Positions 33,085-49,270 of a DNA stretch of 64,000 bases are shown piece after piece (the stretch's first letter is position 1; every line of letters begins with the position of its first letter). Under the pieces are notes generated by a model that saw nothing but the letters and a program-made list of their open reading frames with translations, was not told the origin of the DNA and made no database searches. This DNA is from Escherichia coli (GTDB lineage Bacteria; Pseudomonadota; Gammaproteobacteria; Enterobacterales; Enterobacteriaceae): assembly GCF_003018255.1 (NCBI RefSeq), contig NZ_CP027440.1; one strand, 5' to 3'. The position numbers and the translations under genes were made by a program.

Positions 33085-33105
33085 ACGCTCGCATTGTTAA
33101 CGCCA

Positions 33106-36621
<3,516 letters not shown>

Positions 36622-36622
<1 letters not shown>

Positions 36623-37722
36623 TACAGTCTCATTGGCATGACAACATAAGCCGCGCTCTGGCTGGCCGCATCTTCAATCTGCACGCTGGAAACCGAATCG
36701 GTCAGCATCATGCGGACGTTTTCGCATTTCAGTGCGTTCAGAACATCCAGCACATAGCTGACGTTGAAGCCGATTTCCATCTCCGCACCGCTATAGGTAA
36801 CGTCGAGGATCTCTTCCGCTTCTTCCTGTTCTGGGTTGTTGGCGGTGATTTTCAGCTGGTTTTCGCTGACATACAGACGCACGCCGCGGAATTTCTCGTT
36901 AGAGAGAATTGCCGCACGGGCAAACGCCTGCTTGAGCAGATCACAGCCAGCTTCCAGATGCTTGTCCGGGTTCTTCGGCAGAACGCGACGGTAATCCGGG
37001 AAGCGACCATCCACCAGTTTCGAGGTGAAGATAAAGTCGCCAACGTGGGCGCGAATGTTGTTGCTGCCAATCTGCACGCGCAGCGGATTGTCGCCGCCGT
37101 CGAGCATACGCATCAGTTCAATCACGCCTTTACGCGGCACGATCACCGAATGGCTTGGCAAAGATTGACCAATTGGCATTGAACAGACCGCCAGACGGTG
37201 GCCGTCGGTCGCCACGGTGCGCAGTTCTTCACCTTCGGTTTCAAACAGCATACCGTTTAAGTAATAGCGAACGTCCTGATGTGCCATAGAAAACTGGGTC
37301 GCTTCAATCAGACGCTTCATCGTCGCCTGCGGCAGGGTAAATTCGACTTCGCTCTGCCAGTCATCGAGGTTCGGGAAATCTGCCGCTGGCAGGGTAGACA
37401 GCGAAAAACGGCTACGCCCGGAGCGCACCAGCATCCGCTCACCTTCCAGCTGCACGGCAATTTCCGCGCCTTCAGGCAGACCACGGCAGATATCAAAGAA
37501 TTTGCGCGCCGGAACGGTCGTCGCCCCTGGTTCGTGCGGCTGAACCAGCGCAACGCGTGCCACCATTTCCATCTCGAGATCAGTACCGGTCAGCGACAAC
37601 GTACCGTCAGCAACCTGTAACAGCAGATTACCGAGAATCGGTAGCGTAGGACGACCACCTAACGGACCGCTCACCTGTTGTAGCGGTTTTAATAAATGCT
37701 CACGTTCTACGGTAAATTTCAT
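36622..37722 (-). CDS. dnaN: DNA polymerase III beta sliding clamp, 366 aa
   Basis: ORF 36622..37722 ([37 protein letters not shown]...). Confidence 0.97.
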
Positions 37723-37726
37723 AGGT

Positions 37727-39130
37727 TTACGATGACAATGTTCTGATTAAATTAGAGAAATCTTCTTTGATATCGTGGCTCTCTTCACGCAACTGCTCGA
37801 TCTTCCGGCAGGCATGAAGCACCGTCGTGTGGTCACGACCACCAAACGCATCGCCAATCTCCGGCAGACTGTGGTTAGTCAGCTCTTTCGCCAGCGCCAT
37901 CGCCATCTGGCGCGGACGTGCCACCGAGCGGGATCGACGCTTGGAAAGGAGATCCGCGACTTTGATCTTGTAGTACTCCGCCACCGTCTTCTGAATATTG
38001 TCGATGGTGACCAGTTTTTCCTGCAATGCCAGCAAGTCGCGCAGCGCCTCACGCACGAAGTCGATGGTGATCGCCCGTCCGGTAAAGTTGGCGTTAGCAA
38101 TAACGCGGTTCAGCGCGCCTTCCAGCTCACGTACGTTAGATCGTAGACGCTTGGCGATAAAGAACGCCACTTCGCCCGGCAAACGAATGTCGTTTTCGTC
38201 GGCCTTTTTCATCAGGATCGCCACGCGGGTTTCCAGCTCTGGCGGTTCGATCGCCACAGTCAGCCCCCAGCCGAAGCGGGATTTCAAACGATCCTCAACG
38301 CCGTTGATCTCTTTAGGATAGCGATCCGAGGTGAGAATGATCTGTTGATTACCTTCCAGCAGGGCGTTGAAGGTGTGGAAAAACTCTTCCTGAGATCGTT
38401 CTTTATTAGCAAAAAACTGAATATCGTCGATCAGCAGTGCATCTACGGAACGGTAGTAGCGTTTAAACTCTTCGATCGCGTTGTTTTGCAGGGCTTTAAC
38501 CATGTCCTGAACAAAGCGCTCGGAGTGCATATAAACCACTTTGGCATTCGGCTTGCGCGCCATAATGCCGTTACCCACCGCATGCAGCAGGTGAGTTTTA
38601 CCCAGACCCGTGCCGCCATAAAGGAACAACGGGTTATAGGCACCGCCAGGGTTATCTGCCACCTGGCGAGCCGCCGCGCGCGCCAGTTGGTTAGATTTAC
38701 CTTCAACGAAGTTATCAAACGTGTGTTTGACGTTTACGTTAGAACGATAGGTCGGTTCTGCCGGAGCCGGGACGTTATCCCAACCCGAGCGCGTAGAAGG
38801 CGCAGCACGTTGCGGCTGCGTTTGCGCCACCTGTGCAGGGGCCGCGACGTTGCTCGTCACTGCCGCTTGTGGCGTTTGCGTCACCGGTTTGGTGCCGACT
38901 TCAAAACGCAGCTGTGGGGCATCCGCTCCGCAGAAACTGGTTAGCAGTCCATTGATATTATTAAGGTACTTGTCCCGTACCCAATCGAGGACAAAACGGT
39001 TTGGCGCGTACAGGGCCAGCGTGTTATCGCTCAGTTCCGCCTGCAATGGGCGTATCCACATACTGAATTCTGTGGCTGGTAACTCATCCTGCAATCGGGC
39101 AAGACACTGCTGCCAAAGCGAAAGTGACAC
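37727..39130 (-). CDS. dnaA: Chromosomal replication initiator DnaA, 467 aa, GTG start
   Basis: ORF 37727..39142; start placed at the GTG at 39128-39130 to give [30 protein letters not shown]... Confidence 0.95.
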
Positions 39131-39253
39131 GGCGGACTCCACTCGAACAAAAGTCGATAATGACTAAGGCTGAAACATTCATGATTGTTGACGTACGTCG
39201 AAAAGACCCTGCATGAGGGTGACGCACGAACCGCTGTCTGCGGTTATATGCCC

Positions 39254-39479
39254 GATCAAGATCCTGCAAAACGATCGGGACCGCGGATCATAGCCTAAAC
39301 TGCGCAAGAGATCTTCTGTTTCTCACAGATTTTCCCGATTTATCCACAGGACTTTCCAGAACTCGCTAAGTGTAAACGATCCTGCCGCGGGCCGGGCACG
39401 ATTTACGCCGCATATTGGAAAATTTAATGACCATAGACAAAAATTGGCTTAATCGATCTAATAAAGATCCAGGACGATC
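39254..39479. promoter_or_regulatory. dnaA promoter region: cluster of 9 GATC Dam sites plus a consensus DnaA box TTATCCACA at 39340-39348
   Basis: GATC counted directly at 39254, 39260, 39273, 39286, 39310, 39378, 39455, 39466 and 39476; about 0.9 expected by chance in 226 bp. Confidence 0.8.
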
Positions 39480-39605
39480 CTTGCGCTTTACCCATCAGCC
39501 CGTATAATCCTCCACCCGGCGCGCCATGCTGGTTTTCACTGGTGTGAGGCCGTACATTTTCCCTGCGAAAAGGTGCGGAAAAGCGCGGTAAATAAGGAAA
39601 GAGAA

Positions 39606-39634
39606 TTGACTCCGGAGTGTACAATTATTACAAT
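39606..39634 (+). promoter_or_regulatory. Candidate sigma70 promoter for rpmH (TTGACT-N17-TACAAT)
   Basis: Near-consensus -35 and -10 hexamers with 17-bp spacing, about 100 bp upstream of rpmH. Confidence 0.6.
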
Positions 39635-39724
39635 CCGGCCTCTTTAATCACCCATGGCTTCGGTGTCCATCGTTTCATTTTTCGGCGGATATCCAATAAA
39701 GCCATTGAATTTATTCAAGTTTAG

Positions 39725-39877
<153 letters not shown>

Positions 39878-39893
39878 TAAAGCTAACCCCTGA

Positions 39894-40253
39894 GTGGTTA
39901 AGCTCGCATTTCCCAGGGAGTTACGCTTGTTAACTCCCAGTCAATTCACATTCGTCTTCCAGCAGCCACAACGGGCTGGCACGCCGCAAATTACCATTCT
40001 CGGCCGCCTGAATTCGCTGGGGCATCCCCGTATCGGTCTTACAGTCGCCAAGAAAAACGTTCGACGCGCCCATGAACGCAATCGGATTAAACGTCTGACG
40101 CGTGAAAGCTTCCGTCTGCGCCAACATGAACTCCCGGCTATGGATTTCGTGGTGGTGGCGAAAAAAGGGGTTGCCGACCTCGATAACCGTGCTCTCTCGG
40201 AAGCGTTGGAAAAATTATGGCGCCGCCACTGTCGCCTGGCTCGCGGGTCCTGA
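39894..40253 (+). CDS. rnpA: RNase P protein component, 119 aa, GTG start
   Basis: ORF 39894..40253; start codon is GTG. Confidence 0.95.
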
Positions 40254-40474
40254 TAGCCCTCATTCGGGTCTATCAACGCCTGATTAGTCCGCTACTCGGG
40301 CCGCATTGTCGTTTCACTCCAACCTGTTCAAGCTACGGAATTGAGGCATTGCGCAGGTTTGGAGTGATAAAAGGCAGTTGGTTGACGGTGAAACGCGTAT
40401 TAAAATGCCACCCTTTACACCCTGGTGGTGACGATCCCGTCCCGCCCGGACCATTTGATACCAGAGAACACTAA
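40217..40474 (+). CDS. yidD: Membrane protein insertion efficiency factor YidD, 85 aa
   Basis: ORF 40217..40474; overlaps the rnpA 3' end by 37 nt. Confidence 0.9.
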
Positions 40475-40476
40475 CG

Positions 40477-42123
40477 ATGGATTCGCAACGCAATCTTTTA
40501 GTCATCGCTTTGCTGTTCGTGTCTTTCATGATCTGGCAAGCCTGGGAGCAGGATAAAAACCCGCAACCTCAGGCCCAACAGACCACGCAGACAACGACCA
40601 CCGCAGCGGGTAGCGCCGCCGACCAGGGCGTACCGGCCAGTGGCCAGGGGAAACTGATCTCGGTTAAGACCGACGTGCTTGATCTGACCATCAACACCCG
40701 TGGTGGTGATGTTGAGCAAGCTCTGCTGCCTGCTTACCCGAAAGAGCTGAACTCTACCCAGCCGTTCCAGCTGCTGGAAACTTCACCGCAGTTTATTTAT
40801 CAGGCACAGAGCGGTCTGACCGGTCGTGATGGCCCGGATAACCCGGCTAACGGCCCGCGTCCGCTGTATAACGTTGAAAAGGACGCTTATGTGCTGGCTG
40901 AAGGTCAAAACGAACTGCAGGTGCTGATGACGTATACCGACGCGGCAGGCAACACGTTTACCAAAACGTTTGTCCTGAAACGTGGTGATTACGCTGTCAA
41001 CGTCAACTACAACGTGCAGAACGCTGGCGAGAAACCGCTGGAAATCTCCTCGTTTGGTCAGTTGAAGCAATCCATCACTCTGCCACCGCATCTCGATACC
41101 GGAAGCAGCAACTTCGCACTGCACACCTTCCGTGGCGCGGCGTACTCCACGCCTGACGAGAAGTACGAGAAATACAAGTTCGATACCATTGCCGATAACG
41201 AAAACCTGAACATCTCTTCGAAAGGTGGTTGGGTGGCGATGCTGCAACAGTATTTCGCGACGGCATGGATCCCGCATAACGACGGTACCAACAACTTCTA
41301 TACCGCTAATCTGGGTAACGGCATCGCCGCTATCGGCTATAAATCTCAGCCGGTACTGGTTCAGCCTGGTCAGACTGGCGCGATGAACAGCACCCTGTGG
41401 GTTGGCCCGGAAATCCAGGACAAAATGGCAGCTGTTGCTCCGCACCTGGATCTGACCGTTGATTACGGTTGGTTGTGGTTCATTTCTCAGCCGCTGTTCA
41501 AACTGCTGAAATGGATCCATAGCTTTGTGGGTAACTGGGGCTTCTCCATTATCATCATCACCTTTATCGTTCGTGGCATCATGTACCCGCTGACCAAAGC
41601 GCAGTACACCTCCATGGCGAAGATGCGTATGCTGCAGCCGAAGATTCAGGCAATGCGTGAGCGTCTGGGCGATGACAAACAGCGTATCAGCCAGGAAATG
41701 ATGGCGCTGTACAAAGCTGAGAAGGTTAACCCGCTGGGCGGCTGCTTCCCGCTGCTGATCCAGATGCCAATCTTCCTGGCGTTGTACTACATGCTGATGG
41801 GTTCCGTTGAACTGCGTCAGGCACCGTTTGCACTGTGGATCCACGACCTGTCGGCACAGGACCCGTACTACATCCTGCCGATCCTGATGGGCGTAACGAT
41901 GTTCTTCATTCAGAAGATGTCGCCGACCACTGTGACCGACCCGATGCAGCAGAAGATCATGACCTTTATGCCGGTCATCTTCACCGTGTTCTTCCTGTGG
42001 TTCCCGTCAGGTCTGGTGCTGTACTATATCGTCAGCAACCTGGTAACCATTATCCAGCAGCAGCTGATTTACCGTGGTCTGGAAAAACGTGGCCTGCATA
42101 GCCGCGAGAAGAAAAAATCCTGA
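40477..42123 (+). CDS. yidC: Membrane protein insertase YidC, 548 aa
   Basis: ORF 40477..42123. Confidence 0.97.
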   Translation: MDSQRNLLVIALLFVSFMIWQAWEQDKNPQPQAQQTTQTTTTAAGSAADQGVPASGQGKLISVKTDVLDLTINTRGGDVEQALLPAYPKELNSTQPFQLLETSPQFIYQAQSGLTGRDGPDNPANGPRPLYNVEKDAYVLAEGQNELQVLMTYTDAAGNTFTKTFVLKRGDYAVNVNYNVQNAGEKPLEISSFGQLKQSITLPPHLDTGSSNFALHTFRGAAYSTPDEKYEKYKFDTIADNENLNISSKGGWVAMLQQYFATAWIPHNDGTNNFYTANLGNGIAAIGYKSQPVLVQPGQTGAMNSTLWVGPEIQDKMAAVAPHLDLTVDYGWLWFISQPLFKLLKWIHSFVGNWGFSIIIITFIVRGIMYPLTKAQYTSMAKMRMLQPKIQAMRERLGDDKQRISQEMMALYKAEKVNPLGGCFPLLIQMPIFLALYYMLMGSVELRQAPFALWIHDLSAQDPYYILPILMGVTMFFIQKMSPTTVTDPMQQKIMTFMPVIFTVFFLWFPSGLVLYYIVSNLVTIIQQQLIYRGLEKRGLHSREKKKS

Positions 42124-42228
42124 TTCGGTGAGTTTTCGCTAAAATAAGGGCGGTCAGTTGACCGCCTTTTTTCTTTTCGTAGGGCGGATAAGCACCGCAC
42201 ATCCGCCACACAAAGCAACAGGAACATC

Positions 42229-43593
42229 ATGAGCGATAATGACACTATCGTAGCCCAGGCCACGCCTCCGGGACGTGGCGGCGTTGGCATCCTGCGCATC
42301 TCCGGCTTCAAAGCCCGTGAAGTTGCCGAAACCGTGCTGGGTAAACTGCCTAAGCCGCGCTACGCCGATTATCTTCCGTTTAAAGACGCCGACGGCAGCG
42401 TGCTCGATCAGGGGATTGCGCTATGGTTCCCTGGCCCGAACTCGTTCACCGGCGAAGATGTGCTGGAACTGCAAGGTCATGGCGGTCCGGTGATCCTCGA
42501 CCTGCTGTTAAAACGCATTCTGACCATTCCCGGCCTGCGGATTGCTCGCCCGGGTGAGTTTTCCGAACGCGCGTTTCTTAACGATAAACTCGACTTAGCC
42601 CAGGCCGAGGCGATTGCGGATCTTATCGACGCCAGTTCGGAACAGGCGGCCCGTTCGGCACTTAACTCGCTGCAAGGCGCATTCTCCGCACGGGTTAATC
42701 ATCTGGTAGAAGCCCTCACCCACTTGCGCATTTACGTTGAAGCGGCAATTGATTTCCCCGATGAAGAGATCGATTTCCTCTCCGACGGCAAAATTGAAGC
42801 CCAGCTTAATGACGTGATTGCCGATCTCGATGCAGTGCGTGCTGAAGCACGTCAGGGTAGTTTGTTGCGCGAAGGGATGAAAGTGGTGATTGCCGGACGT
42901 CCTAACGCCGGTAAATCGAGCCTGTTAAACGCGCTGGCTGGCCGTGAAGCAGCAATCGTAACCGATATCGCCGGAACTACGCGTGACGTGTTGCGTGAGC
43001 ATATCCACATTGACGGAATGCCGCTGCATATCATCGACACCGCCGGGCTACGTGAAGCCAGCGATGAAGTGGAACGTATTGGTATCGAGCGCGCGTGGCA
43101 AGAAATTGAACAAGCCGACCGCGTGCTGTTTATGGTCGATGGCACCACGACAGACGCCGTTGATCCAGCAGAGATCTGGCCGGAGTTTATCGCCCGTCTG
43201 CCAGCGAAACTGCCGATCACCGTGGTGCGCAATAAAGCCGATATCACCGGAGAAACGTTGGGGATGAGCGAAGTGAACGGTCACGCGTTAATTCGTCTCT
43301 CTGCAAGGACTGGTGAAGGTGTGGACGTGCTGCGTAACCATCTCAAACAGAGCATGGGCTTTGACACCAACATGGAAGGCGGCTTCCTGGCGCGTCGTCG
43401 TCACCTACAGGCACTGGAACAGGCGGCAGAGCACCTGCAACAGGGTAAAGCGCAACTGTTAGGAGCCTGGGCAGGCGAGCTGCTGGCGGAAGAACTGCGT
43501 CTGGCGCAGCAGAACTTAAGCGAGATCACCGGGGAATTTACTTCTGACGACCTGCTGGGGCGAATTTTCTCCAGCTTCTGTATTGGTAAGTAA
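42229..43593 (+). CDS. mnmE: tRNA modification GTPase MnmE (TrmE), 454 aa
   Basis: ORF 42229..43593; G-domain motif [12 protein letters not shown]; C-terminal CIGK. Confidence 0.97.
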
Positions 43594-43601
43594 CCGCGCT
43601 T

Positions 43602-43637
43602 GCGAAGCCGCATTCTGACTGTCAGATGCGGCTTCGC
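43602..43637 (+). terminator. Terminator-like hairpin after mnmE (GCGAAGCCGCAT...ATGCGGCTTCGC)
   Basis: 12-bp inverted repeat immediately after the stop codon; weak T-run. Confidence 0.5.
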
Positions 43638-43744
43638 TTCATTGTTAGCACTCCTGTTACTCCTCAACCCTTTTTTTAAACATTAAAATTCTTACGTAAT
43701 TTATAATCTTTAAAAAAAGCATTTAATATTGCTTCCCGAACGAT

Positions 43745-43760
43745 TGTGATTCGATTCACA
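43745..43760. promoter_or_regulatory. CRP-binding site TGTGATTCGATTCACA at the tna promoter
   Basis: Perfect TGTGA-N6-TCACA palindrome about 90 bp upstream of tnaC. Confidence 0.8.
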
Positions 43761-43835
43761 TTTAAACAATTTCAGAATAGACAAATTTCTTGAGTATTAT
43801 ACTGTAGCCTCGTGTCTTTCGAGGATAAGTGCATT

Positions 43836-43910
43836 ATGAATATCTTACATATATGTGTGACCTCAAAATGGTTTAATATTGACAACAAGATTGTCGATCA
43901 CCGCCCTTGA
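43836..43910 (+). CDS. tnaC: Tryptophanase operon leader peptide TnaC, 24 aa
   Basis: Encodes MNILHICVTSKWFNIDNKIVDHRP with Trp12 and the terminal Pro24-stop. Confidence 0.9.
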   Translation: MNILHICVTSKWFNIDNKIVDHRP

Positions 43911-44130
43911 TTTGCCCTTCTGTAGCCATCACCAGAGCCAAACCGATTAGATTCAATGTGATCTATTTGTTTGCTATATCTTAATTTTGCCTTTTACAAA
44001 GGCCATCTTTCGTTTATTTACTTGTTTTAGTAAATGATGGTGCTTGCATATATATCTGGCGAATTAATGGATATTGCAAATGTAATATTCACAGGGATCA
44101 CTGTAATTAAAATAAATGAAGGATTATGTA

Positions 44131-45546
44131 ATGGAAAACTTTAAACATCTCCCTGAACCGTTCCGCATTCGTGTTATTGAGCCAGTAAAACGTACCACTC
44201 GCGCTTATCGTGAAGAGGCAATTATTAAATCCGGTATGAACCCGTTCCTGCTGGATAGCGAAGATGTGTTTATCGATTTACTGACCGACAGCGGCACCGG
44301 GGCGGTGACGCAGAGTATGCAGGCCGCGATGATGCGCGGCGACGAAGCCTACAGCGGCAGCCGCAGCTACTATGCGTTAGCCGAGTCAGTAAAAAATATC
44401 TTTGGTTATCAATATACTATTCCGACTCACCAGGGCCGTGGTGCAGAACAAATCTATATTCCGGTACTGATTAAAAAACGCGAGCAGGAAAAAGGCCTGG
44501 ATCGCAGCAAAATGGTGGCGTTCTCTAACTATTTCTTTGATACCACGCAGGGCCATAGCCAGATTAACGGCTGTACCGTGCGTAACGTCTATATCAAAGA
44601 AGCCTTCGATACTGGCGTGCGTTACGACTTTAAAGGTAACTTTGACCTTGAGGGATTAGAACGCGGCATTGAAGAAGTTGGCCCGAATAACGTGCCATAT
44701 ATCGTTGCGACCATCACCAGTAACTCTGCAGGTGGTCAGCCGGTTTCACTGGCAAACTTAAAAGCGATGTACAGCATCGCGAAGAAATACGATATTCCGG
44801 TGGTCATGGACTCCGCACGCTTTGCTGAAAATGCCTATTTCATCAAGCAGCGTGAAGCAGAATACAAGGACTGGACCATCGAGCAGATCACCCGCGAAAC
44901 CTACAAATATGCCGATATGCTGGCGATGTCCGCCAAGAAAGATGCGATGGTGCCGATGGGCGGCCTGCTGTGCATGAAAGACGACAGCTTCTTTGATGTG
45001 TACACCGAATGCAGAACCCTTTGCGTGGTGCAGGAAGGCTTCCCGACATATGGCGGCCTGGAAGGCGGCGCTATGGAGCGTCTGGCGGTAGGTCTGTATG
45101 ACGGCATGAATCTGGACTGGCTGGCTTATCGTATCGCGCAGGTGCAGTATCTGGTCGATGGTCTGGAAGAGATTGGCGTTGTCTGTCAGCAGGCGGGCGG
45201 TCACGCGGCATTCGTTGATGCAGGTAAACTGTTGCCGCATATCCCGGCAGATCAGTTCCCGGCACAGGCGCTGGCCTGCGAGCTGTATAAAGTCGCCGGT
45301 ATCCGTGCGGTAGAAATTGGCTCTTTCCTGTTAGGCCGCGATCCGAAAACCGGTAAACAACTGCCATGCCCGGCTGAACTGCTGCGTTTAACCATTCCGC
45401 GCGCAACATATACTCAAACACATATGGACTTCATTATTGAAGCCTTTAAACATGTGAAAGAGAACGCGGCGAATATTAAAGGGTTAACCTTTACCTACGA
45501 ACCGAAAGTATTGCGTCACTTCACCGCAAAACTGAAAGAAGTTTAA
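44131..45546 (+). CDS. tnaA: Tryptophanase, 471 aa
   Basis: ORF 44116..45546; start at [32 protein letters not shown]... Confidence 0.97.
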
Positions 45547-45637
45547 TTAAAACACTCAGAGTGGCTATAAGGATGTTAGCCACTCTATTACCCTACATCC
45601 TCAATAACAAAAATAGCCTTCCTCTAAAGGTGGCATC

Positions 45638-46885
45638 ATGACTGATCAATCAGAAAAAAAACACTCTGCATTTTGGGGTGTTATGGTTATAGCCGGTACA
45701 GTAATTGGCGGTGGGATGTTTGCTTTACCTGTTGACCTTGCCGGAGCCTGGTTTTTTTGGGGCGCTTTTATTCTTATTATCGCCTGGTTTTCAATGTTAC
45801 ATTCAGGGCTATTATTATTAGAAGCAAACTTAAATTATCCCGTCGGATCCAGTTTTAACACCATCACCAAAGATTTAATCGGTAACACCTGGAACATTAT
45901 CAGCGGTATTACCGTTGCCTTCGTTCTCTACATCCTCACTTATGCCTATATCTCTGCTAATGGTGCGATCATTAGTGAAACGATATCAATGAATTTGGGT
46001 TATCATGCTAATCCACGTATTGTCGGGATCTGCACTGCCATTTTCGTTGCCAGCGTATTGTGGATAAGTTCGTTAGCCGCCAGTCGTATTACCTCATTGT
46101 TCCTTGGGCTGAAGATTATCTCCTTTGTAATTGTTTTTGGTTCTTTCTTCTTCCAGGTCGATTACTCCATTCTGCGCGATGCCACCAGCACCACGGCGGG
46201 AACATCTTATTTCCCGTATATCTTTATGGCTTTGCCGGTGTGTCTGGCGTCATTTGGTTTCCACGGCAATATTCCCAGCCTGATTATTTGCTATGGCAAA
46301 CGCAAAGATAAGCTAATCAAAAGCGTGGTCTTCGGTTCGCTGCTGGCGCTGGTGATTTATCTCTTCTGGCTCTATTGCACGATGGGGAATATCCCGCGAG
46401 AAAGCTTTAAGGCGATAATCTCCTCAGGCGGCAACGTTGATTCGCTGGTGAAATCGTTCCTCGGCACCAAACAGCATGGCATTATCGAGTTTTGCCTGCT
46501 GGTGTTCTCCAACTTAGCTGTTGCCAGTTCGTTCTTTGGTGTCACGCTGGGATTGTTCGATTATCTGGCGGATCTGTTTAAGATTGATAACTCCCACGCC
46601 GGGCGTTTCAAAACCGTGCTGTTAACCTTCCTGCCACCTGCGTTGTTGTATCTGATCTTCCCGAACGGCTTCATTTACGGGATCGGCGGTGCCGGACTGT
46701 GTGCCACCATCTGGGCGGTCATTATCCCCGCGGTGCTGGCAATCAAAGCTCGCAAGAAGTTTCCCAATCAGATGTTCACGGTCTGGGGCGGCAATCTTAT
46801 TCCGGCGATTGTCATTCTCTTTGGTATAACCGTAATTTTATGCTGGTTCGGTAACGTCTTTAACGTGTTACCTAAATTTGGCTAA
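45638..46885 (+). CDS. tnaB: Low-affinity tryptophan permease TnaB, 415 aa
   Basis: ORF 45638..46885. Confidence 0.95.
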   Translation: MTDQSEKKHSAFWGVMVIAGTVIGGGMFALPVDLAGAWFFWGAFILIIAWFSMLHSGLLLLEANLNYPVGSSFNTITKDLIGNTWNIISGITVAFVLYILTYAYISANGAIISETISMNLGYHANPRIVGICTAIFVASVLWISSLAASRITSLFLGLKIISFVIVFGSFFFQVDYSILRDATSTTAGTSYFPYIFMALPVCLASFGFHGNIPSLIICYGKRKDKLIKSVVFGSLLALVIYLFWLYCTMGNIPRESFKAIISSGGNVDSLVKSFLGTKQHGIIEFCLLVFSNLAVASSFFGVTLGLFDYLADLFKIDNSHAGRFKTVLLTFLPPALLYLIFPNGFIYGIGGAGLCATIWAVIIPAVLAIKARKKFPNQMFTVWGGNLIPAIVILFGITVILCWFGNVFNVLPKFG

Positions 46886-47016
46886 ATCCTTCAAGAAGCC
46901 AGCCATTCGCTGGCTTCTTGCCTCTCAGGAAATCACTTATGTCCAAATGGCAACTCGCCTGATCCTCCTTCACCACGTATGCTTTGCGTCACCTTACTAT
47001 CAGGACGCTTTAGCCC

Positions 47017-48192
47017 ATGTCCCGCTTTTTGATTTGTAGTTTTGCCCTGGTTTTACTTTATCCCGCAGGGATTGATATGTACCTCGTTGGTTTACCGCGC
47101 ATCGCCGCCGATCTCAATGCCAGCGAAGCGCAGTTGCATATTGCGTTCTCCGTTTATCTGGCGGGGATGGCGGCTGCGATGTTATTTGCCGGTAAAGTGG
47201 CCGATCGTTCAGGGAGAAAGCCTGTCGCCATACCCGGCGCGGCGCTATTTATTATCGCCTCGGTGTTCTGTTCACTGGCTGAAACCAGCGCGTTATTTCT
47301 TGCAGGGCGATTTCTACAGGGACTGGGCGCGGGCTGTTGTTACGTAGTGGCGTTCGCCATTTTGCGCGACACGCTGGATGATCGACGTCGGGCTAAAGTG
47401 CTGTCGTTACTCAACGGCATTACCTGCATCATTCCGGTGTTAGCGCCGGTGCTCGGACACCTGATTATGCTTAAATTCCCTTGGCAGAGTCTGTTCTGGA
47501 CGATGGCAACGATGGGCATCGCGGTACTGATGTTGTCTTTGTTTATTTTAAAAGAAACGCGCCCTGCGGCCCCCACAACTTCGGACAAACCACGAGAAAA
47601 TAGCGAGTCACTGCTTAATCGGTTTTTCCTCAGCCGTGTTGTTATCACCACCCTCAGCGTTTCGGTGATCCTCACCTTCGTCAACACGTCGCCAGTATTG
47701 CTGATGGAAATCATGGGTTTTGAGCGCGGAGAATACGCCACCATTATGGCGTTGACCGCTGGCGTCAGCATGACCGTTTCATTCTCCACGCCGTTTGCGC
47801 TGGGAATTTTTAAGCCACGTACGTTGATGATCACCTCACAGGTGTTATTCCTGGCGGCGGGGATCACCCTTGCCGTTTCACCTTCCCATGCGGTTTCGCT
47901 GTTTGGTATCACGCTGATTTGCGCCGGTTTCTCGGTAGGTTTTGGTGTGGCGATGAGTCAGGCGTTAGGGCCGTTTTCATTACGCGCGGGCGTAGCCAGC
48001 TCGACCTTAGGTATTGCGCAAGTTTGCGGTTCGTCACTGTGGATTTGGCTGGCGGCGGTGGTTGGTATCGGCGCATGGAATATGCTGATCGGGATTCTGA
48101 TTGCCTGTAGCATAGTGAGCCTGTTGCTGATTATGTTCGTCGCGCCTGGACGCCCGGTTGCCGCTCATGAAGAAATCCATCACCACGCTTGA
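47017..48192 (+). CDS. mdtL: Multidrug resistance MFS transporter MdtL, 391 aa
   Basis: ORF 47017..48192. Confidence 0.9.
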   Translation: MSRFLICSFALVLLYPAGIDMYLVGLPRIAADLNASEAQLHIAFSVYLAGMAAAMLFAGKVADRSGRKPVAIPGAALFIIASVFCSLAETSALFLAGRFLQGLGAGCCYVVAFAILRDTLDDRRRAKVLSLLNGITCIIPVLAPVLGHLIMLKFPWQSLFWTMATMGIAVLMLSLFILKETRPAAPTTSDKPRENSESLLNRFFLSRVVITTLSVSVILTFVNTSPVLLMEIMGFERGEYATIMALTAGVSMTVSFSTPFALGIFKPRTLMITSQVLFLAAGITLAVSPSHAVSLFGITLICAGFSVGFGVAMSQALGPFSLRAGVASSTLGIAQVCGSSLWIWLAAVVGIGAWNMLIGILIACSIVSLLLIMFVAPGRPVAAHEEIHHHA

Positions 48193-49126
48193 TCTCAATC
48201 TGCTGCTCTGTCTGCAACTGCTGATGCAGGAGCGCAGCGTGACCAAAGCGGCGAAGCGGATGAACGTGACCCCTTCGGCGGTGAGTAAGTCGCTGGCAAA
48301 GTTAAGAGCGTGGTTTGACGACCCGCTCTTTGTGAACTCACCGCTGGGGCTGTCGCCCACACCGCTAATGGTCAGCATGGAGCAAAATCTGGCGGAGTGG
48401 ATGCAAATGAGCAACCTGCTGCTGGATAAACCGCACCACCAGACACCGCGCGGCCTGAAGTTTGAGCTGGCAGCAGAATCACCGCTAATGATGATCATGC
48501 TTAATGCGCTGTCGAAACAGATCTACCAACGTTACCCGCAGGCGACCATCAAATTACGTAACTGGGATTACGATTCCTTAGATGCCATTACTCGTGGTGA
48601 AGTGGATATTGGTTTTTCCGGTCGCGAAAGTCATCCCCGTTCGCGGGAGCTGTTAAGCTCGCTACCGTTAGCCATTGATTATGAAGTGCTGTTTAGTGAT
48701 GTGCCCTGCGTCTGGTTACGCAAAGATCATCCGGCACTGCATGAAGCATGGAATCTGGACACCTTTTTACGTTATCCGCATATCAGCATTTGCTGGGAAC
48801 AGAGCGATACCTGGGCGCTGGACAATGTGTTACAGGAGCTGGGGCGCGAACGCACGATTGCTATGAGCCTGCCGGAATTCGAGCAGTCACTGTTTATGGC
48901 AGCACAGCCCGACAATCTGCTACTGGCGACCGCGCCGCGCTACTGCCAGTACTACAATCAACTCCACCAACTGCCGTTGGTTGCTCTTCCTCTCCCGTTT
49001 GATGAAAGCCAGCAAAAAAAGCTGGAAGTCCCTTTTACCCTGCTGTGGCATAAACGGAACAGCCATAATCCGAAGATCGTCTGGTTACGGGAAACCATTA
49101 AAAATCTTTACGCGTCGATGGCATAA
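48167..49126 (+). CDS. yidZ: LysR-family transcriptional regulator YidZ, 319 aa
   Basis: ORF 48158..49126; start at ATG 48167 ([14 protein letters not shown]...); overlaps the mdtL 3' end. Confidence 0.85.
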   Translation: MKKSITTLDLNLLLCLQLLMQERSVTKAAKRMNVTPSAVSKSLAKLRAWFDDPLFVNSPLGLSPTPLMVSMEQNLAEWMQMSNLLLDKPHHQTPRGLKFELAAESPLMMIMLNALSKQIYQRYPQATIKLRNWDYDSLDAITRGEVDIGFSGRESHPRSRELLSSLPLAIDYEVLFSDVPCVWLRKDHPALHEAWNLDTFLRYPHISICWEQSDTWALDNVLQELGRERTIAMSLPEFEQSLFMAAQPDNLLLATAPRYCQYYNQLHQLPLVALPLPFDESQQKKLEVPFTLLWHKRNSHNPKIVWLRETIKNLYASMA

Positions 49127-49270
49127 CCGAATCGTATGAAACGCGACCCAATTTCACAATAAAATGTAAAAAAGTTGTAATAAGCTTGTCTGAATCGAAC
49201 TTTTAGCCGCTTTAGTCTGTCCATCATTCCAGTAAATGATTACTCTTGTATTCATAATGGACCATTAAGC

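Noticed and set aside
40783-41844. 353-aa minus-strand ORF
   Set aside because: Antisense to yidC; a frame-shadow ORF in a high-GC coding region.
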